Origin: an uncultured delta proteobacterium
GTDB lineage: Bacteria; Desulfobacterota; Desulfomonilia; Desulfomonilales; Desulfomonilaceae
DNA length: 64,000 bases
Assembly (NCBI GenBank): GCA_963789265.1
Contig: CAWBKB010000003.1
Location: forward strand, 576,001-640,000
Reading direction: 5' to 3'
Shown: in pieces, positions 32,395-42,577 of the stretch
Position numbering within the stretch: position 1 is the first letter of the stretch
Layout: each line of letters begins with the position of its first letter
Notes under the pieces: model-generated
Told to the model about the DNA's origin: nothing
Databases searched by the model: none
What the model saw: only the letters and a program-made list of their open reading frames with translations
Position numbers and translations under genes: made by a program

Positions 32395-32709
32395 TCATTT
32401 CCGTTGCGATCTCAGAGCGTCTTCTGCGAGACGCCTTTCTATCTTTTCTCGTTCCCTTTTCCCTTCAGCCTTTATCTTCCACCGCCTCTCACGCTCCTCC
32501 GACATGCACAGCCTGTAGCATCGAGTCTTATCATCCCCTTTCAGGTCAGCGCAGCGCTTGGTGCAAAAGCTGTCAACCTCAGAGAGTTCTTGGCTGGAAA
32601 CGATGCTTCCTACTATAATTTCGCCAATGGTTCCGCAACCAAATAATGTCAGGGCAAGCAAAGAAAGGCAAATGCCTGCTACTCTAGTTGAGCGTTTTGT
32701 CCAGACCAT
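32395..32709 (-). CDS. Hypothetical lipoprotein
   Basis: Lipobox-like LTLFGC; CxxxC..CxxxC pairs; charged helical tail. Confidence 0.6.
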   Translation of the reverse strand: MVWTKRSTRVAGICLSLLALTLFGCGTIGEIIVGSIVSSQELSEVDSFCTKRCADLKGDDKTRCYRLCMSEERERRWKIKAEGKREREKIERRLAEDALRSQRK

Positions 32710-32903
32710 TCGCCCCTCGCGACGAGGAAGCTCGCCGGTGGTCTTCACTCGAAAGAGTGGGACATTGCGCGAGTCAGTCTTATCGACTCTTTGTCATCGT
32801 CTCACTTCAGCTAGTGGATAGGATTGCCTGTGTTAACCTTGCAAAGGGCCCGGAGATTAAAGAGCCTTTGCTTCTAGATCCGTGATGATTGTCAGCGGTT
32901 CTC

Positions 32904-33446
32904 TCAATCATCGCAAAAAGTCAACAAGGCGATAATGTGCCGTTCCGCCTCCAGATCTCGGTCCGACATGTCGGTTATCTCAAAACCAGCTACGGAGCGG
33001 CCTATTTCAGTGTCTTCTCTTACCCACCGACATTCAGCATTGAACGCGCACGGTCGGATGCTTTCATCAAGACCTTCAGCCTTGATCACAAAGGACCTCT
33101 TCTCACCTACCTCGGCATTTATGTCGACGACCTGAACCCCGTTTTCAGTGAGGTCCAAAACATGGTACTCGACTTCGGGACTCTCTTTATCATAGATGGG
33201 AAGGCCAAGTGCCGGATAACACCTGGGAAAGTGTCGTTCATGACTGATGCACACCGTATCGTCAAATATCGGCATGCGGCCGCGAAGATTATCCTCACTC
33301 ACCGCGTTTGATTCTATCAATTTGGTGAACGCGCTGAGCAACCCTTTTGACGACAATTGGTACTTTTCCATGAGCGCTAGGTTGCTCAAACCAGCCTTAA
33401 TATCACTTACGACATCTTTGGCCGAAATCATACGCTTACTTGGCAT
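32904..33446 (-). CDS. PilZ-domain protein with an N-terminal helical domain
   Basis: ERHFPR (RxxxR), DLTENG (DxSxxG-like), AECRW..AGFEI. Confidence 0.8.
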   Translation of the reverse strand: MPSKRMISAKDVVSDIKAGLSNLALMEKYQLSSKGLLSAFTKLIESNAVSEDNLRGRMPIFDDTVCISHERHFPRCYPALGLPIYDKESPEVEYHVLDLTENGVQVVDINAEVGEKRSFVIKAEGLDESIRPCAFNAECRWVREDTEIGRSVAGFEITDMSDRDLEAERHIIALLTFCDD

Positions 33447-33491
33447 GATAAATATCCTGGCATTTCGGAGGAATGGAGAGCCCTTACCGCT

Positions 33492-34481
33492 TCAATGCTC
33501 AAGCAGTTGAAGGGCTTCTTCAGCCGCTTCTCGGACATCCGGATCCAAGTCTTCCGCGGCCTTGCGAAGCGCGGGAACCGCGGCAGAGTTCCCGATTTTG
33601 CCCAGCAATTCGGCTGTGTCTCCCCGTAAGGCAACCTCTTCTTGAAACAGAAGCGCGGTGAGATCGTCAACGATTGGATCGAGGACTCTCGGATTCTTTC
33701 TCAGCGCCTCTTCGAGCGTTACTAATGCACCCATGCGCACGGAAAATTCTTTCGACAGATACACCGGAAGTATCGCCTCGGGCCGATCTCCGGAACATAG
33801 AAGCTCGGCAGCATCCTCGGCCCGGCCGGCCCTGATCATCGAGTCCAAAATCGAAGGCAAGTAGCTGATTTCGACCGATCTCAGTACCTGATCTGCCAAC
33901 TCCTCTGCGGTAAGACGGCCTATTAAAGTGAGTCCGTCATCGATGATAGTGGTGGGCGTGGACTTCACCTTGTAGTGCCGAGCAAGGTCCTCAAATTGGA
34001 CCGCATCCACAATGCTGACGGTAACCAAGGGACTGAGAACGGCCAGCGTAAGAGCCGCCGTAACAACCTGGGGGCAATGGGGACATGCCGCTGCCATCAA
34101 GACCAGCAGGTGACAGGGCCTGGTTAATTTCGTAAGAGATTCTGCCGCGCGGGTCTGAGGAGGTGTCTTGTCGTCACCCATCCAAAGGAGAAGCTCCAAA
34201 AAGGGGGCAAGTTCAGTTCCTTCCGGGGCGGCGAAGTAATGGATATTGCCGACTCCTCGACCCATCGGAGTGAGAGATGGCTTTCCAGGCAGGATATACT
34301 CGGTCTCTTCCTCAATTCCGATGCGATTCATGGACACGCCACTGATCTGGCGCGCTATGTTGATCAGGTTGACCTCGAAGCGGTCCTGTTCGCCGCCGCT
34401 ACGGCCGACTCGAATTGTAATCGGAACCGAGATCTGCGAACTGATAGCCTGAACTTTCATCAGGTCTTCATCTGAAAGCAA
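33492..34481 (-). CDS. AhpF-N/glutaredoxin-like thioredoxin-fold protein with C-terminal HEAT repeats
   Basis: APEGTELAPFL, CPHC, VKSTP; LRGDTAELLGKIG..DPDVREAAEEAL. Confidence 0.8.
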   Translation of the reverse strand: MLSDEDLMKVQAISSQISVPITIRVGRSGGEQDRFEVNLINIARQISGVSMNRIGIEEETEYILPGKPSLTPMGRGVGNIHYFAAPEGTELAPFLELLLWMGDDKTPPQTRAAESLTKLTRPCHLLVLMAAACPHCPQVVTAALTLAVLSPLVTVSIVDAVQFEDLARHYKVKSTPTTIIDDGLTLIGRLTAEELADQVLRSVEISYLPSILDSMIRAGRAEDAAELLCSGDRPEAILPVYLSKEFSVRMGALVTLEEALRKNPRVLDPIVDDLTALLFQEEVALRGDTAELLGKIGNSAAVPALRKAAEDLDPDVREAAEEALQLLEH

Positions 34482-34829
34482 CGATTACACCTCTCTCAAT
34501 GCAGCAATGTTCGAGGAATCCATCCCGAGTTTCGAAGAATCGAACAAAGGCTCCGAAATCCCTGCGAAAGACCGAGGGCCATTGGTGACAATTCCAAAGC
34601 CCTCGTCAGATTTACAGCAATGGCCAAGCCTTTCACGTGATGGATTCGTGCTCCCGATTTTCATCGGGACAAGTATGCGCCGACGAAAGCTAGGGCAGCA
34701 ATAACGCGGAAATATCTATCTCCGTGAGTAACCGGATTCCCCGCGTCGGACGGAGAACGAGACATCGATTTCAACAAGGACTTTCAGGCCGGTTCGCCAA
34801 GATCTGTTGGCCTCATCCTATGCCTGAGT

Positions 34830-35168
34830 TCAAGGTGTGCCGGGCACGAAATTGACATTGACGTGCCCTGATCCGGGTGGAACCGCGTAAGGCGACGCCG
34901 CCCCACGGATCGGTGCAGGCATGAAACTCCACATGTAGCTTCCGAGATCTCCCATCCTGTTCACGGCACTGGGGATCATTCCCGGAAGAGCTTGATGCTG
35001 CTGACCACCTTGCTGCCGAGAGTTAGGAATTGGATTGAAGGCCGGCTGACCGTATCGGTTCACCGGCCCGGAGTAATGACGGTCGTACATAGAGAAGTTT
35101 TGCTGCCCGAACACCGGACACGAGCAAACAGCACAAACCACGGCCACAATCACAATAGCGGCTTTCAT
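34830..35168 (-). CDS. Secreted hypothetical protein
   Basis: Signal peptide MKAAIVIVAVVCAVCSCPVFG; SD gagg. Confidence 0.65.
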   Translation of the reverse strand: MKAAIVIVAVVCAVCSCPVFGQQNFSMYDRHYSGPVNRYGQPAFNPIPNSRQQGGQQHQALPGMIPSAVNRMGDLGSYMWSFMPAPIRGAASPYAVPPGSGHVNVNFVPGTP

Positions 35169-35306
35169 GATTCGACCTCGGCGTAGATATCATTATTATA
35201 TATTATTAGCACAAATAATGAGCAAGATAAAGATGTTAATTGCTTGACAAAACAGATAGAAATATGAAATAATTATGCGCTTTGACGTTAACTGGAGGTT
35301 CCACGG

Positions 35307-35666
35307 ATGAGTAAAATAGCCAAAATATTACTTTGTGCACTACTTGTTGCAGCACTGGCGGTCCCGGCTTTCGCGAAGAGTACATGTGCAAGGCGCACCA
35401 CCTCCTCCAAAGTCACTCGGGCCATTTACAGAGGCAGTGCTACAGCCCTGGAGCGCACCGAAGGTCTTCTCACCGGCTGTCTGAGAAGGACCTTCAGCCT
35501 GTTCAACCCATGCCTTGATTTCGCAAAAGGTGCCGCTACGATCGCATTTATGCCGATAGAGAAGCCTTTGGACTACATCGAAAGGGCTGCCTTCAAGCCT
35601 TATCGAACAAGGAGAGCCGCACCACGGATACCTGAACCGAAGAAACCGGAAATTCCGAAGAAATAG
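35307..35666 (+). CDS. Secreted hypothetical protein
   Basis: SD ggagg; signal peptide ending AFA; ttgaca at 35244 upstream. Confidence 0.7.
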   Translation: MSKIAKILLCALLVAALAVPAFAKSTCARRTTSSKVTRAIYRGSATALERTEGLLTGCLRRTFSLFNPCLDFAKGAATIAFMPIEKPLDYIERAAFKPYRTRRAAPRIPEPKKPEIPKK

Positions 35667-35756
35667 TTTTGAAGGGGTGAAATGGGGATAGGCAAAGAAG
35701 AGACTTACAGATATCTTCTCCATCTTTGAGACTCTATTTGCCGACTGGGAGGGTGT

Positions 35757-36392
35757 ATGAGGAGAGGAATCATACCGGCTGCCTTGCTGTGGCTGGTGCT
35801 CGCCGGATGTAGGTCTGCACTGGGGGCGGGTGTGGTACAATCCGACGCGCTGACAATCTGTTCCGTCATCATAAATGAGATGACTGAAGGCAAGGTAAGC
35901 AACGACAGGGCGAGGGAGATTTCTCTCGCCATTGCCCAGGCGGGAAACAAGTACTTCGGACGTGTTACCTGCGGCGATATGTGGCTCTATATGGCCATTG
36001 TTCACGTTGAAAGCGGCTTCAGGAACAACATAATAAACGGTCAAAATTGTCGTGGGATGTTTCAGGTTCATGCGCCGTCATGGGCCAGGAAGTTCGGACT
36101 TCGGTACGCGGATCTCCTGAATCTCCAGACGAACGCGGATTGCGGCGTCCGAGTGTTCAAGTACTATTTGGATCAGTACAAGAGGCTCGTACCCGCTCTC
36201 AGTGCATACAACAGCGACCACCCCTGGGCCGCTATCGGCTATGCCCGTGCTGTACTCGGTACACGTCGGAGAATCCGAAAGCGATATATTGAACTCCACA
36301 AGGCCATGAAGGATGGGAAGATGATAGCTTCCAATCCATCTCCCTCACACCTCTCACGGACGGATTCTCCGAACACCTTCCCACCGCCTTAA
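35757..36392 (+). CDS. Lytic transglycosylase (SLT domain), possible lipoprotein
   Basis: LAGC lipobox; AIVHVESGF (catalytic Glu), GMFQV, N..CG...F, ALSAYN. Confidence 0.85.
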   Translation: MRRGIIPAALLWLVLAGCRSALGAGVVQSDALTICSVIINEMTEGKVSNDRAREISLAIAQAGNKYFGRVTCGDMWLYMAIVHVESGFRNNIINGQNCRGMFQVHAPSWARKFGLRYADLLNLQTNADCGVRVFKYYLDQYKRLVPALSAYNSDHPWAAIGYARAVLGTRRRIRKRYIELHKAMKDGKMIASNPSPSHLSRTDSPNTFPPP

Positions 36393-36600
36393 GATATCCC
36401 CGACCTCGACAGAATCGATCCAAGTACTCTTATCTAAATTCGATCAAGTATTCAGGTACCATTGTGGTCATTCCCGCGCACGCGGTCGCCCCCACCCCCC
36501 CGGATCGCAGTGCCGGATGACGTGGCGAGACTGCAAGCGCATACCGCATTGTCAGGTATAGGATACCGCATTTAGGAAATCGAACTAAGAGTCTGTCGGC

Positions 36601-36837
36601 TTACCGCGGAGGGCCGTAGAGAAAAGGTGACACCACGGAACTCATGAGGTCCCAGGGGTTAAAGGGGGAAGGATTGTGATCCATGGGAATGTATGGATCG
36701 TGGCCGGTAGGATAGCACGCCGATACTGGCCCCGACGGCGGTGCCACATACTGAGGCAAACAGCTCATACAACCGCCCGCAGCCAATGCAGCGGCGAAAA
36801 TCAGCCCTAGAATCACATGCCTCCAATAACGGGTCAT
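36601..36837 (-). CDS. Small hypothetical lipoprotein
   Basis: Hydrophobic signal ending AGGC; Pro-rich tail. Confidence 0.5.
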   Translation of the reverse strand: MTRYWRHVILGLIFAAALAAGGCMSCLPQYVAPPSGPVSACYPTGHDPYIPMDHNPSPFNPWDLMSSVVSPFLYGPPR

Positions 36838-36947
36838 ACTACCACACGTCAGAATCTGAAGTGACCGTATTTTACCTCGTTCGCAAACCGCGATCAAGGT
36901 AAAAAGCATTTCATTTGTAATCATTCACTTACGAGCGGTAAAGGATT

Positions 36948-37088
36948 GTCATTGCGAGTCCCGCGTCCCGCGGGAAAGCAATCTCTTCCTTTAAACGCCA
37001 CTTAGATTGCCGGTGGGACGGGCATCTTGCCCGTCATCCCTAATAGACAGGCTGGAAGCCTGCCCCACCATGCACTCCTCGCAATGAC
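36948..37088. repeat. Triple-nested REP composite
   Basis: gtcattgcgag..aagcaatct / agattgc..ctcgcaatgac arms; micro-hairpin tcccgcgtcccgcggga; inner gtgggacgggcatcttgcccgtc..gacaggctggaagcctgccccac. Confidence 0.8.
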
Positions 37089-37150
37089 AAAGTGCAGAAG
37101 ATCCCCAGCATAAGTGAATGGTTTCTCTCATCTCCCGAGTCTTCAACTCC

Positions 37151-38158
37151 TTATTTTTGGTTGAAATGGAAAATGGCCGCTGCGCCCGCTGAGCTGTGGA
37201 TTCGTCCCTCGGAATCGATTAAGAATCCCTCCACATTGGGGATTGACTCAATGTATCTTAAGCCCTTCTCGGGCCCGAGGACGAAGATGCCTGCTGTCAC
37301 CGTGGTCATCGCCGTAGGAGCCACTATGGTGACTGACTGCACACCTTGCGCCGGATAGCCCGTGGCTGGGTCAATTATGTGGTGATAACGTTTTCCATTT
37401 CGAACGAAGAAGCGCTCGTAGTCTCCCGAAGTCTGAACCACGCGATTTCTGAGGTTTGCTACGGCGACGATCCCCCGTTCATTTCGCGGATCCTGCACTC
37501 CGATCCGCCACGGCTTGCCAGACCCTCTCTCACCCACGACGAGTACGTCGCCGCCCGCGTTTACCAGGGCTGCGTGTATTCCGCGCTCCTTGATAACGCG
37601 GGCTGCCCGCTCCAAAGCGTATCCTTTAGCGATTCCTCCCAAGTCCAAGGCCATACCTCTTTCCGGCAGAACGATGGTCCCGGCCGCAGGGTCTATTTTT
37701 ACGCGTTGCCAGCCGACTTTTCCCAAAGCCGCTGCGATTTCAGACTTGGAAGGGAGTTTTGGGTCGGCGTTACCGCTGAAATTCCACAGCCGTGTTAAGG
37801 GTCCTATCGTAGGATCAAAGGCTCCGTGAGTTTCCTTCGCAAATCGCAAGCTTTGGCCAATTAGTGCCAGCAACTCCGGATCCGCTTTGATCGGCCCGGC
37901 ACCAGACCGATCATTAATCTTTGTTAATCCCGACGGCTTGTGGAAGGAGGCGAGATCTTCCACTCGTTTGAGTTCCGAAAAGATGGCATCAGCCGCAGCC
38001 TTTGGGCCTTCCCCCGCGCCGGGGATCGTTATTTCGACAAGTGTGCCCATGAGGAGTCGACTGGATTTGTACAAAGGAGCCGACTCCTTGCTGCTGCAAG
38101 ATGCAATCAGTAGTGTTGTCGCTATAGCCAGCAAGGTTAGATGTCTGGAATATGTCAT
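37151..38158 (-). CDS. apbE: FAD:protein FMN transferase (ApbE), lipoprotein
   Basis: IASC lipobox; MGT, GAFDPTIGPL, LDLGGIAKGY, NAGGD, TSGDYERF, YHHIIDPATGYP. Confidence 0.95.
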   Translation of the reverse strand: MTYSRHLTLLAIATTLLIASCSSKESAPLYKSSRLLMGTLVEITIPGAGEGPKAAADAIFSELKRVEDLASFHKPSGLTKINDRSGAGPIKADPELLALIGQSLRFAKETHGAFDPTIGPLTRLWNFSGNADPKLPSKSEIAAALGKVGWQRVKIDPAAGTIVLPERGMALDLGGIAKGYALERAARVIKERGIHAALVNAGGDVLVVGERGSGKPWRIGVQDPRNERGIVAVANLRNRVVQTSGDYERFFVRNGKRYHHIIDPATGYPAQGVQSVTIVAPTAMTTVTAGIFVLGPEKGLRYIESIPNVEGFLIDSEGRIHSSAGAAAIFHFNQK

Positions 38159-38170
38159 CCTTACGCTTTC

Positions 38171-39094
38171 TTAGTTTTTTTGAGACGCGGCCCGGCCAAG
38201 ACGGACTGCAATGAGCTTGATGGGCACAATCATTGTGAAAAAAGGAAACATGTACATCGCCGCAAGGGTAGGAGCGAGCGGTCCGAAAAATCGGGACGAA
38301 AATACTATAACCAGAACGTTATTCATGACCGCCAGACTTACGGCCGCGGCCAGCTTTTCGCTCAGTTGCCCTCGTGGAATAAGAAGAAAGCCGGTTAAAT
38401 AATAAATGGCCGAAAGCCCATACGCAACGACCACCGAAACCAGCAGTTGTCCGGGATGACGAAACACGAAAGAAGAGTACTTCGAGAACACCCCAAGATT
38501 TACCAGAGCAAATAAAAGCACAGAAAAAGGGTACTGCTTTTCAGCAGTCTTTTCGAGGATCTGGGGGGCAAATTTTCTTAGGACAACAACTAACCCCATG
38601 GGGATAAAGATTACAAGTGCCAGCAGACGGATCATCAAGTCCAGGGGTATGGACAATTCTGCTCCGGCAAAGAGCGTGACGAGGCAAGGTAAAGAAAACG
38701 GTACCACAAGCGATGTTACGATCACCATCCGAAGGACGGTAGGAATGTCTGCTGCAACGAGCCCCCCCAGGAAAGGGGCTACCACTCCCGTAGATATTCC
38801 GGAGAGTAGCAGTATGGGTAGAGCATAATCGGGTATGGCAAACAGAGCGATGATGTAAAGAGCCGTGGGCAACACCACCAACTTAACCAACACCATAACG
38901 GCCAAACGCAGCACCGAGTGCCGTGATGTATCCAATAGGGCATTGAAGTCGATTTTGAGGAAACTGAGAAACAAGAGAAGCATCAAGAAATAGAGAAGAT
39001 AAGGATGAAATACTTCGCCCGCGTCCGGTAGAAATATTGCTGCACCCGCGGAGCCGAAAATCACCGCGAACAGGATGAGGTCGTTTATGCTCAT
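38171..39094 (-). CDS. Bile acid:sodium symporter family transporter
   Basis: About 10 TM helices; STGVVAPF, TSLVVPFSLP, MNNVL. Confidence 0.75.
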   Translation of the reverse strand: MSINDLILFAVIFGSAGAAIFLPDAGEVFHPYLLYFLMLLLFLSFLKIDFNALLDTSRHSVLRLAVMVLVKLVVLPTALYIIALFAIPDYALPILLLSGISTGVVAPFLGGLVAADIPTVLRMVIVTSLVVPFSLPCLVTLFAGAELSIPLDLMIRLLALVIFIPMGLVVVLRKFAPQILEKTAEKQYPFSVLLFALVNLGVFSKYSSFVFRHPGQLLVSVVVAYGLSAIYYLTGFLLIPRGQLSEKLAAAVSLAVMNNVLVIVFSSRFFGPLAPTLAAMYMFPFFTMIVPIKLIAVRLGRAASQKN

Positions 39095-39203
39095 GTTCCC
39101 TGCCCATGCGTCGATCTACGGGAAATGCTTTTAGCATCCATACCTGCGGCATGGCGGGCATGAGGTGACCAACAGGGCCCGGACATTCCTCCTCGGGATC
39201 TTA

Positions 39204-39625
39204 TCATTCGTCTGAAAAATCAGCCCAAAGAGTAAGGCCGGTGGGCTGGTCGAACTCTCGCACCGGAATCTTTCCAACAAGGGGAGTGGCGTAGAGTTCC
39301 GCGGCGAAGATCTCGGTTCCGGGCATTAGATGGCCGCCCACACAGCGATAATTCTCGTCTGCGAGAGTAATATGGGCATGTACGAATATCTCGTGATCTT
39401 TTTCCGAAACATTCCCCATACATGAAACTATCTCCACGCGCGCCCCTGAAATCCTTGTTTCTCATACTGCCTGATGTTCGGATCATAATAGCCTAGCACT
39501 GCATGGGAAACAGCGCCAATCACGTTGAATGCTGCCTTGCGAATCGACCTGTCCCGGAAGGCCCGGGTGAGGGCATCAAGCAAGTCGTCTCCCATGGGGA
39601 GAGGGAGGAGAAACGGTTCTTTCAT
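39204..39625 (-). CDS. PPC domain / DUF296 protein; frameshift near 39445
   Basis: GDDLL..IGAV..LGYYD joins EIVSCMGNVS..HAHITL..GGHL. Confidence 0.88.
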
Positions 39626-39852
39626 TCGAAAGTCCTCTCATCGGCTCAGTTGGAAAGGATATTTTCACGACGATTTCAATGAATTTTCTTATGATATAAT
39701 ATGGTCCGGCAAGTTCGATCGGGCTCCCGCGGCGCAGACCAAAGAAAATTCTCTTTCGCCGGATTCGGAGGAAGTGCATCAAGACACTCTGGGACCCGCG
39801 AACGTTTCGTCATACCATATCCCGCGAGGCGGGAGCGCGCAAGGGGTCAATT

Positions 39853-40149
39853 ATGAAGAAAGGGTTCTGCCATCATTGCGGCCATTTATTGGAATTTGAA
39901 GAAAAGGTATTCCGAAACGACACGTGCGCCAATTGCGGTTCCGATGTCCACTGCTGCCTCAACTGCTCGGAGTACAGTGAAACAGCTCCCAATCAGTGTA
40001 GGGAGCCTGAAGCCGAAAGGGTGTCAGTGAAAGACCGTCGAAATTTTTGTGATTATTTTAAGTTGCGCGAGGGGGCTGCATCCTCCAGCGCTGCTGAAAA
40101 GGCTGCACAGGCTCGCCGAAAGCTTGAGGTCCTCTTCAAGAAACAGTAA
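39853..40149 (+). CDS. Cys-rich putative zinc-binding protein
   Basis: CHHC, CANC, CCLNC, QCREP, NFCDYF. Confidence 0.75.
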   Translation: MKKGFCHHCGHLLEFEEKVFRNDTCANCGSDVHCCLNCSEYSETAPNQCREPEAERVSVKDRRNFCDYFKLREGAASSSAAEKAAQARRKLEVLFKKQ

Positions 40150-40293
40150 TGTAGCTGTAGAAAACTGTATTGAAACTCGAGCTTCGCACCCGGGTAGAGC
40201 TTGGAGGCCGTGTTCGCTCCGAAATTGACGAAAAGGGCGAATCTCGAGGCACCTCACCAAAAAATTACGATAAGCCGGCCGGACACGGGGCCC

Positions 40294-40731
40294 TCAATGT
40301 TCCCACCACTCTTCCTCTTCTTCCGGCTCTTCCGTAACGGATTCCATTTCCGCCAGTATGTCATCGGGAATCCTTTCTCGCGGGGCTTCCACCCAAAGTC
40401 CCTCGAGGTCATAGAAACTCCCGTACCGGCTGATGAAAAACGTGTACGATTACATCTCCGTAATCCAGCAGCGCCCAATGTCCTTGATGAACCCCTTCGA
40501 CGGAATACCGGACGATCTTGCGTTTACGGGCCTCTTCAATCACAGCCTCGGCAACCGCGGTCGCTTGCCTCTCCGAACGGGCGGAGACGATCAGGAAGTA
40601 GTCTGTCAAAACTGTCAGTCCGTCGAGCCTTATGGTACAGGATCCGCCGCTTTCTTGGACATCGCGGCGCGGAGGAGAATTTCCGCCTTTTCTTTAGAAT
40701 TTAAATTGGGCTGCGAGCTAGCTTTGTTCAT
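40294..40731 (-). CDS. rsfS: Ribosome silencing factor; two frameshifts (about 40635 and 40415)
   Basis: KKAADPV; TDYFLIVSARSERQ; EG...WALLDYGDVIVHVF...RE-FYDLEGLW; directly downstream of nadD. Confidence 0.92.
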
Positions 40732-40737
40732 GCAAGG

Positions 40738-41376
40738 CTAATTCCGATAGAGCTTACGTTCCATAATATACTGACGAACCGATTCCCTAACAAGGTATCG
40801 TATGCTTCGGCCCGCTTCCACAAGGTTGCGGATCATTGTAGAGGAAATGTTGAGCCCTTCCACGTTGGACGGGATGAGTCGGTTGGAGCTTGAATGGAGC
40901 AAATAATCTCCACGGTCTCGAAATTCCTTTCGAAGGATATCCGGAACGCGGGCCCAAGCGGCCCGGAAATCCCCTCCCGGTCTTCTCACCACAATGAAGT
41001 GCGCCAGGGAGAACAGTCTCTTGTAATCTTTCCATGTATGAATTTCCTTGAGGGAATCGGTCCCGAGAATGAAGTGCGGCTCAAGATCCTGCTCTTTCGC
41101 AAAGACGTCAAGTGTATTTACAGTGTAAGAGAGCCCCTGAACGGAGATCTCCATGTCTGAGACTTCAAAGACGGGATTGTCCGCACAGGACCTGCGGATC
41201 ATCTCCAGACGATGCTCCGGCAAGGCCGTCCCTTGAGCGCTCTTGTGAGGTGGTATGAAGCAGGGGATAAACACTACACGAGAGAGCCCGTGGAAGGATG
41301 CGACCTCTTCCGCCAGACGAAGATGCCCCACATGCGGCGGGTTAAAAGTCCCACCAAAGATTCCAACTTTCACCAT
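40738..41376 (-). CDS. nadD: Nicotinate-nucleotide adenylyltransferase
   Basis: GIFGGTFNPPHVGH, PPHK, SYTVNTL, FILGTDS, ISSTMIR. Confidence 0.96.
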   Translation of the reverse strand: MVKVGIFGGTFNPPHVGHLRLAEEVASFHGLSRVVFIPCFIPPHKSAQGTALPEHRLEMIRRSCADNPVFEVSDMEISVQGLSYTVNTLDVFAKEQDLEPHFILGTDSLKEIHTWKDYKRLFSLAHFIVVRRPGGDFRAAWARVPDILRKEFRDRGDYLLHSSSNRLIPSNVEGLNISSTMIRNLVEAGRSIRYLVRESVRQYIMERKLYRN

Positions 41377-41470
41377 GCCGGCCTTTTGAACAAAGGGCTT
41401 GTTTTTGCCGAGAAAGATTCTATATTTAATTCGAACAATTTGAAAGTGGAATTGTCGCAAGGAGTCATAG

Positions 41471-42577
41471 ATGGCTTTTATTCCTCCGCTGGAGGCTAAC
41501 ATATTGGATTATGTAATAGGTTTTCTCGTCCTCTTGGGTGTGCTGATTTTTGTGCACGAATTCGGCCATTTTATAGTTGCCAAACTAGTAGGCGTTAAAG
41601 TTCTCAAGTTTTCTCTCGGCTTTCCTCCCGCCATGATGACTCGGAAATGGGGTGAAACCGAGTATATCCTGAGCTGGATACCATTGGGCGGGTACGTCAA
41701 ACTGCTGGGCGAAGATCCGGATTCTGACGAGAAGGTTCCGCCGGAAGAACTCCCCAGAGCATTCACCAGCAAATCGTTGCCCGCACGTATGGCAGTCATA
41801 CTGGCCGGTCCTTTCTCCAATTATCTGACCGCGGTTGTATTGATTTGCGCAGCCTATGTGGCGGGCTGGCCTGTTCTTATCAGTCAGATCGGCAAGGTCT
41901 TTGATGGAACACCTGCCATAGAGGCCGGGTTCAAGACTGGCGACAAAGTGGTTGCCATTAACGGCAAGCCCATTTGGCGCTGGGACGACATGCGGACAAC
42001 CATTGAAAAGAGCGCCGATCAGAAGCTTACAGTGACCGTCGAGCGAGGCGGCAGCCGGATAGACTTAGCCGTGACCCCCAAGATCGCCGACCAGAAGAAT
42101 ATGTTCGGGGAACCAGTGGGTAGAATAGGTGTGGCCCCCTCTGGGAACGGTGTCAAGCTAGGACTCGTGGCCGGTTTGAATGAGGGCGTGCGGTTTTCAT
42201 GGACACTGACAAAGCTGGTTGTCGTCACGCTCGTAAAGCTCGTGAGGATGGAAATCAGCCCCAAGGCATTGAGCGGCCCGATTACCATCGTCCAGGCTTC
42301 GGGGGAAAGCCTGAAGGCCGGCATGTTCAACTTCATCTTTCTCATGAGCTATGTCAGCATAAACCTTGCTATCATAAACCTCCTGCCGGTGCCGATTCTC
42401 GACGGAGGCCACCTCCTGTTCTTTCTGATCGAAGGAGTTACTCGGCGCCCCGTTAGCGGGAAAGCCAAAGAATACGCCGTGCAATTCGGGCTTTTGTTCA
42501 TTGTGTTTCTGATCGCATTGGTTTTCTATAACGATATCAGTAGGATTATCACTAAAGGCTGGTCCCTCGGCCCGTGA
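41471..42577 (+). CDS. rseP: RIP metalloprotease RseP
   Basis: HEFGH, FSLGF, IPLGGYVK, AGPFSN, PDZ domain, NLLPVPILDGG. Confidence 0.96.
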   Translation: MAFIPPLEANILDYVIGFLVLLGVLIFVHEFGHFIVAKLVGVKVLKFSLGFPPAMMTRKWGETEYILSWIPLGGYVKLLGEDPDSDEKVPPEELPRAFTSKSLPARMAVILAGPFSNYLTAVVLICAAYVAGWPVLISQIGKVFDGTPAIEAGFKTGDKVVAINGKPIWRWDDMRTTIEKSADQKLTVTVERGGSRIDLAVTPKIADQKNMFGEPVGRIGVAPSGNGVKLGLVAGLNEGVRFSWTLTKLVVVTLVKLVRMEISPKALSGPITIVQASGESLKAGMFNFIFLMSYVSINLAIINLLPVPILDGGHLLFFLIEGVTRRPVSGKAKEYAVQFGLLFIVFLIALVFYNDISRIITKGWSLGP

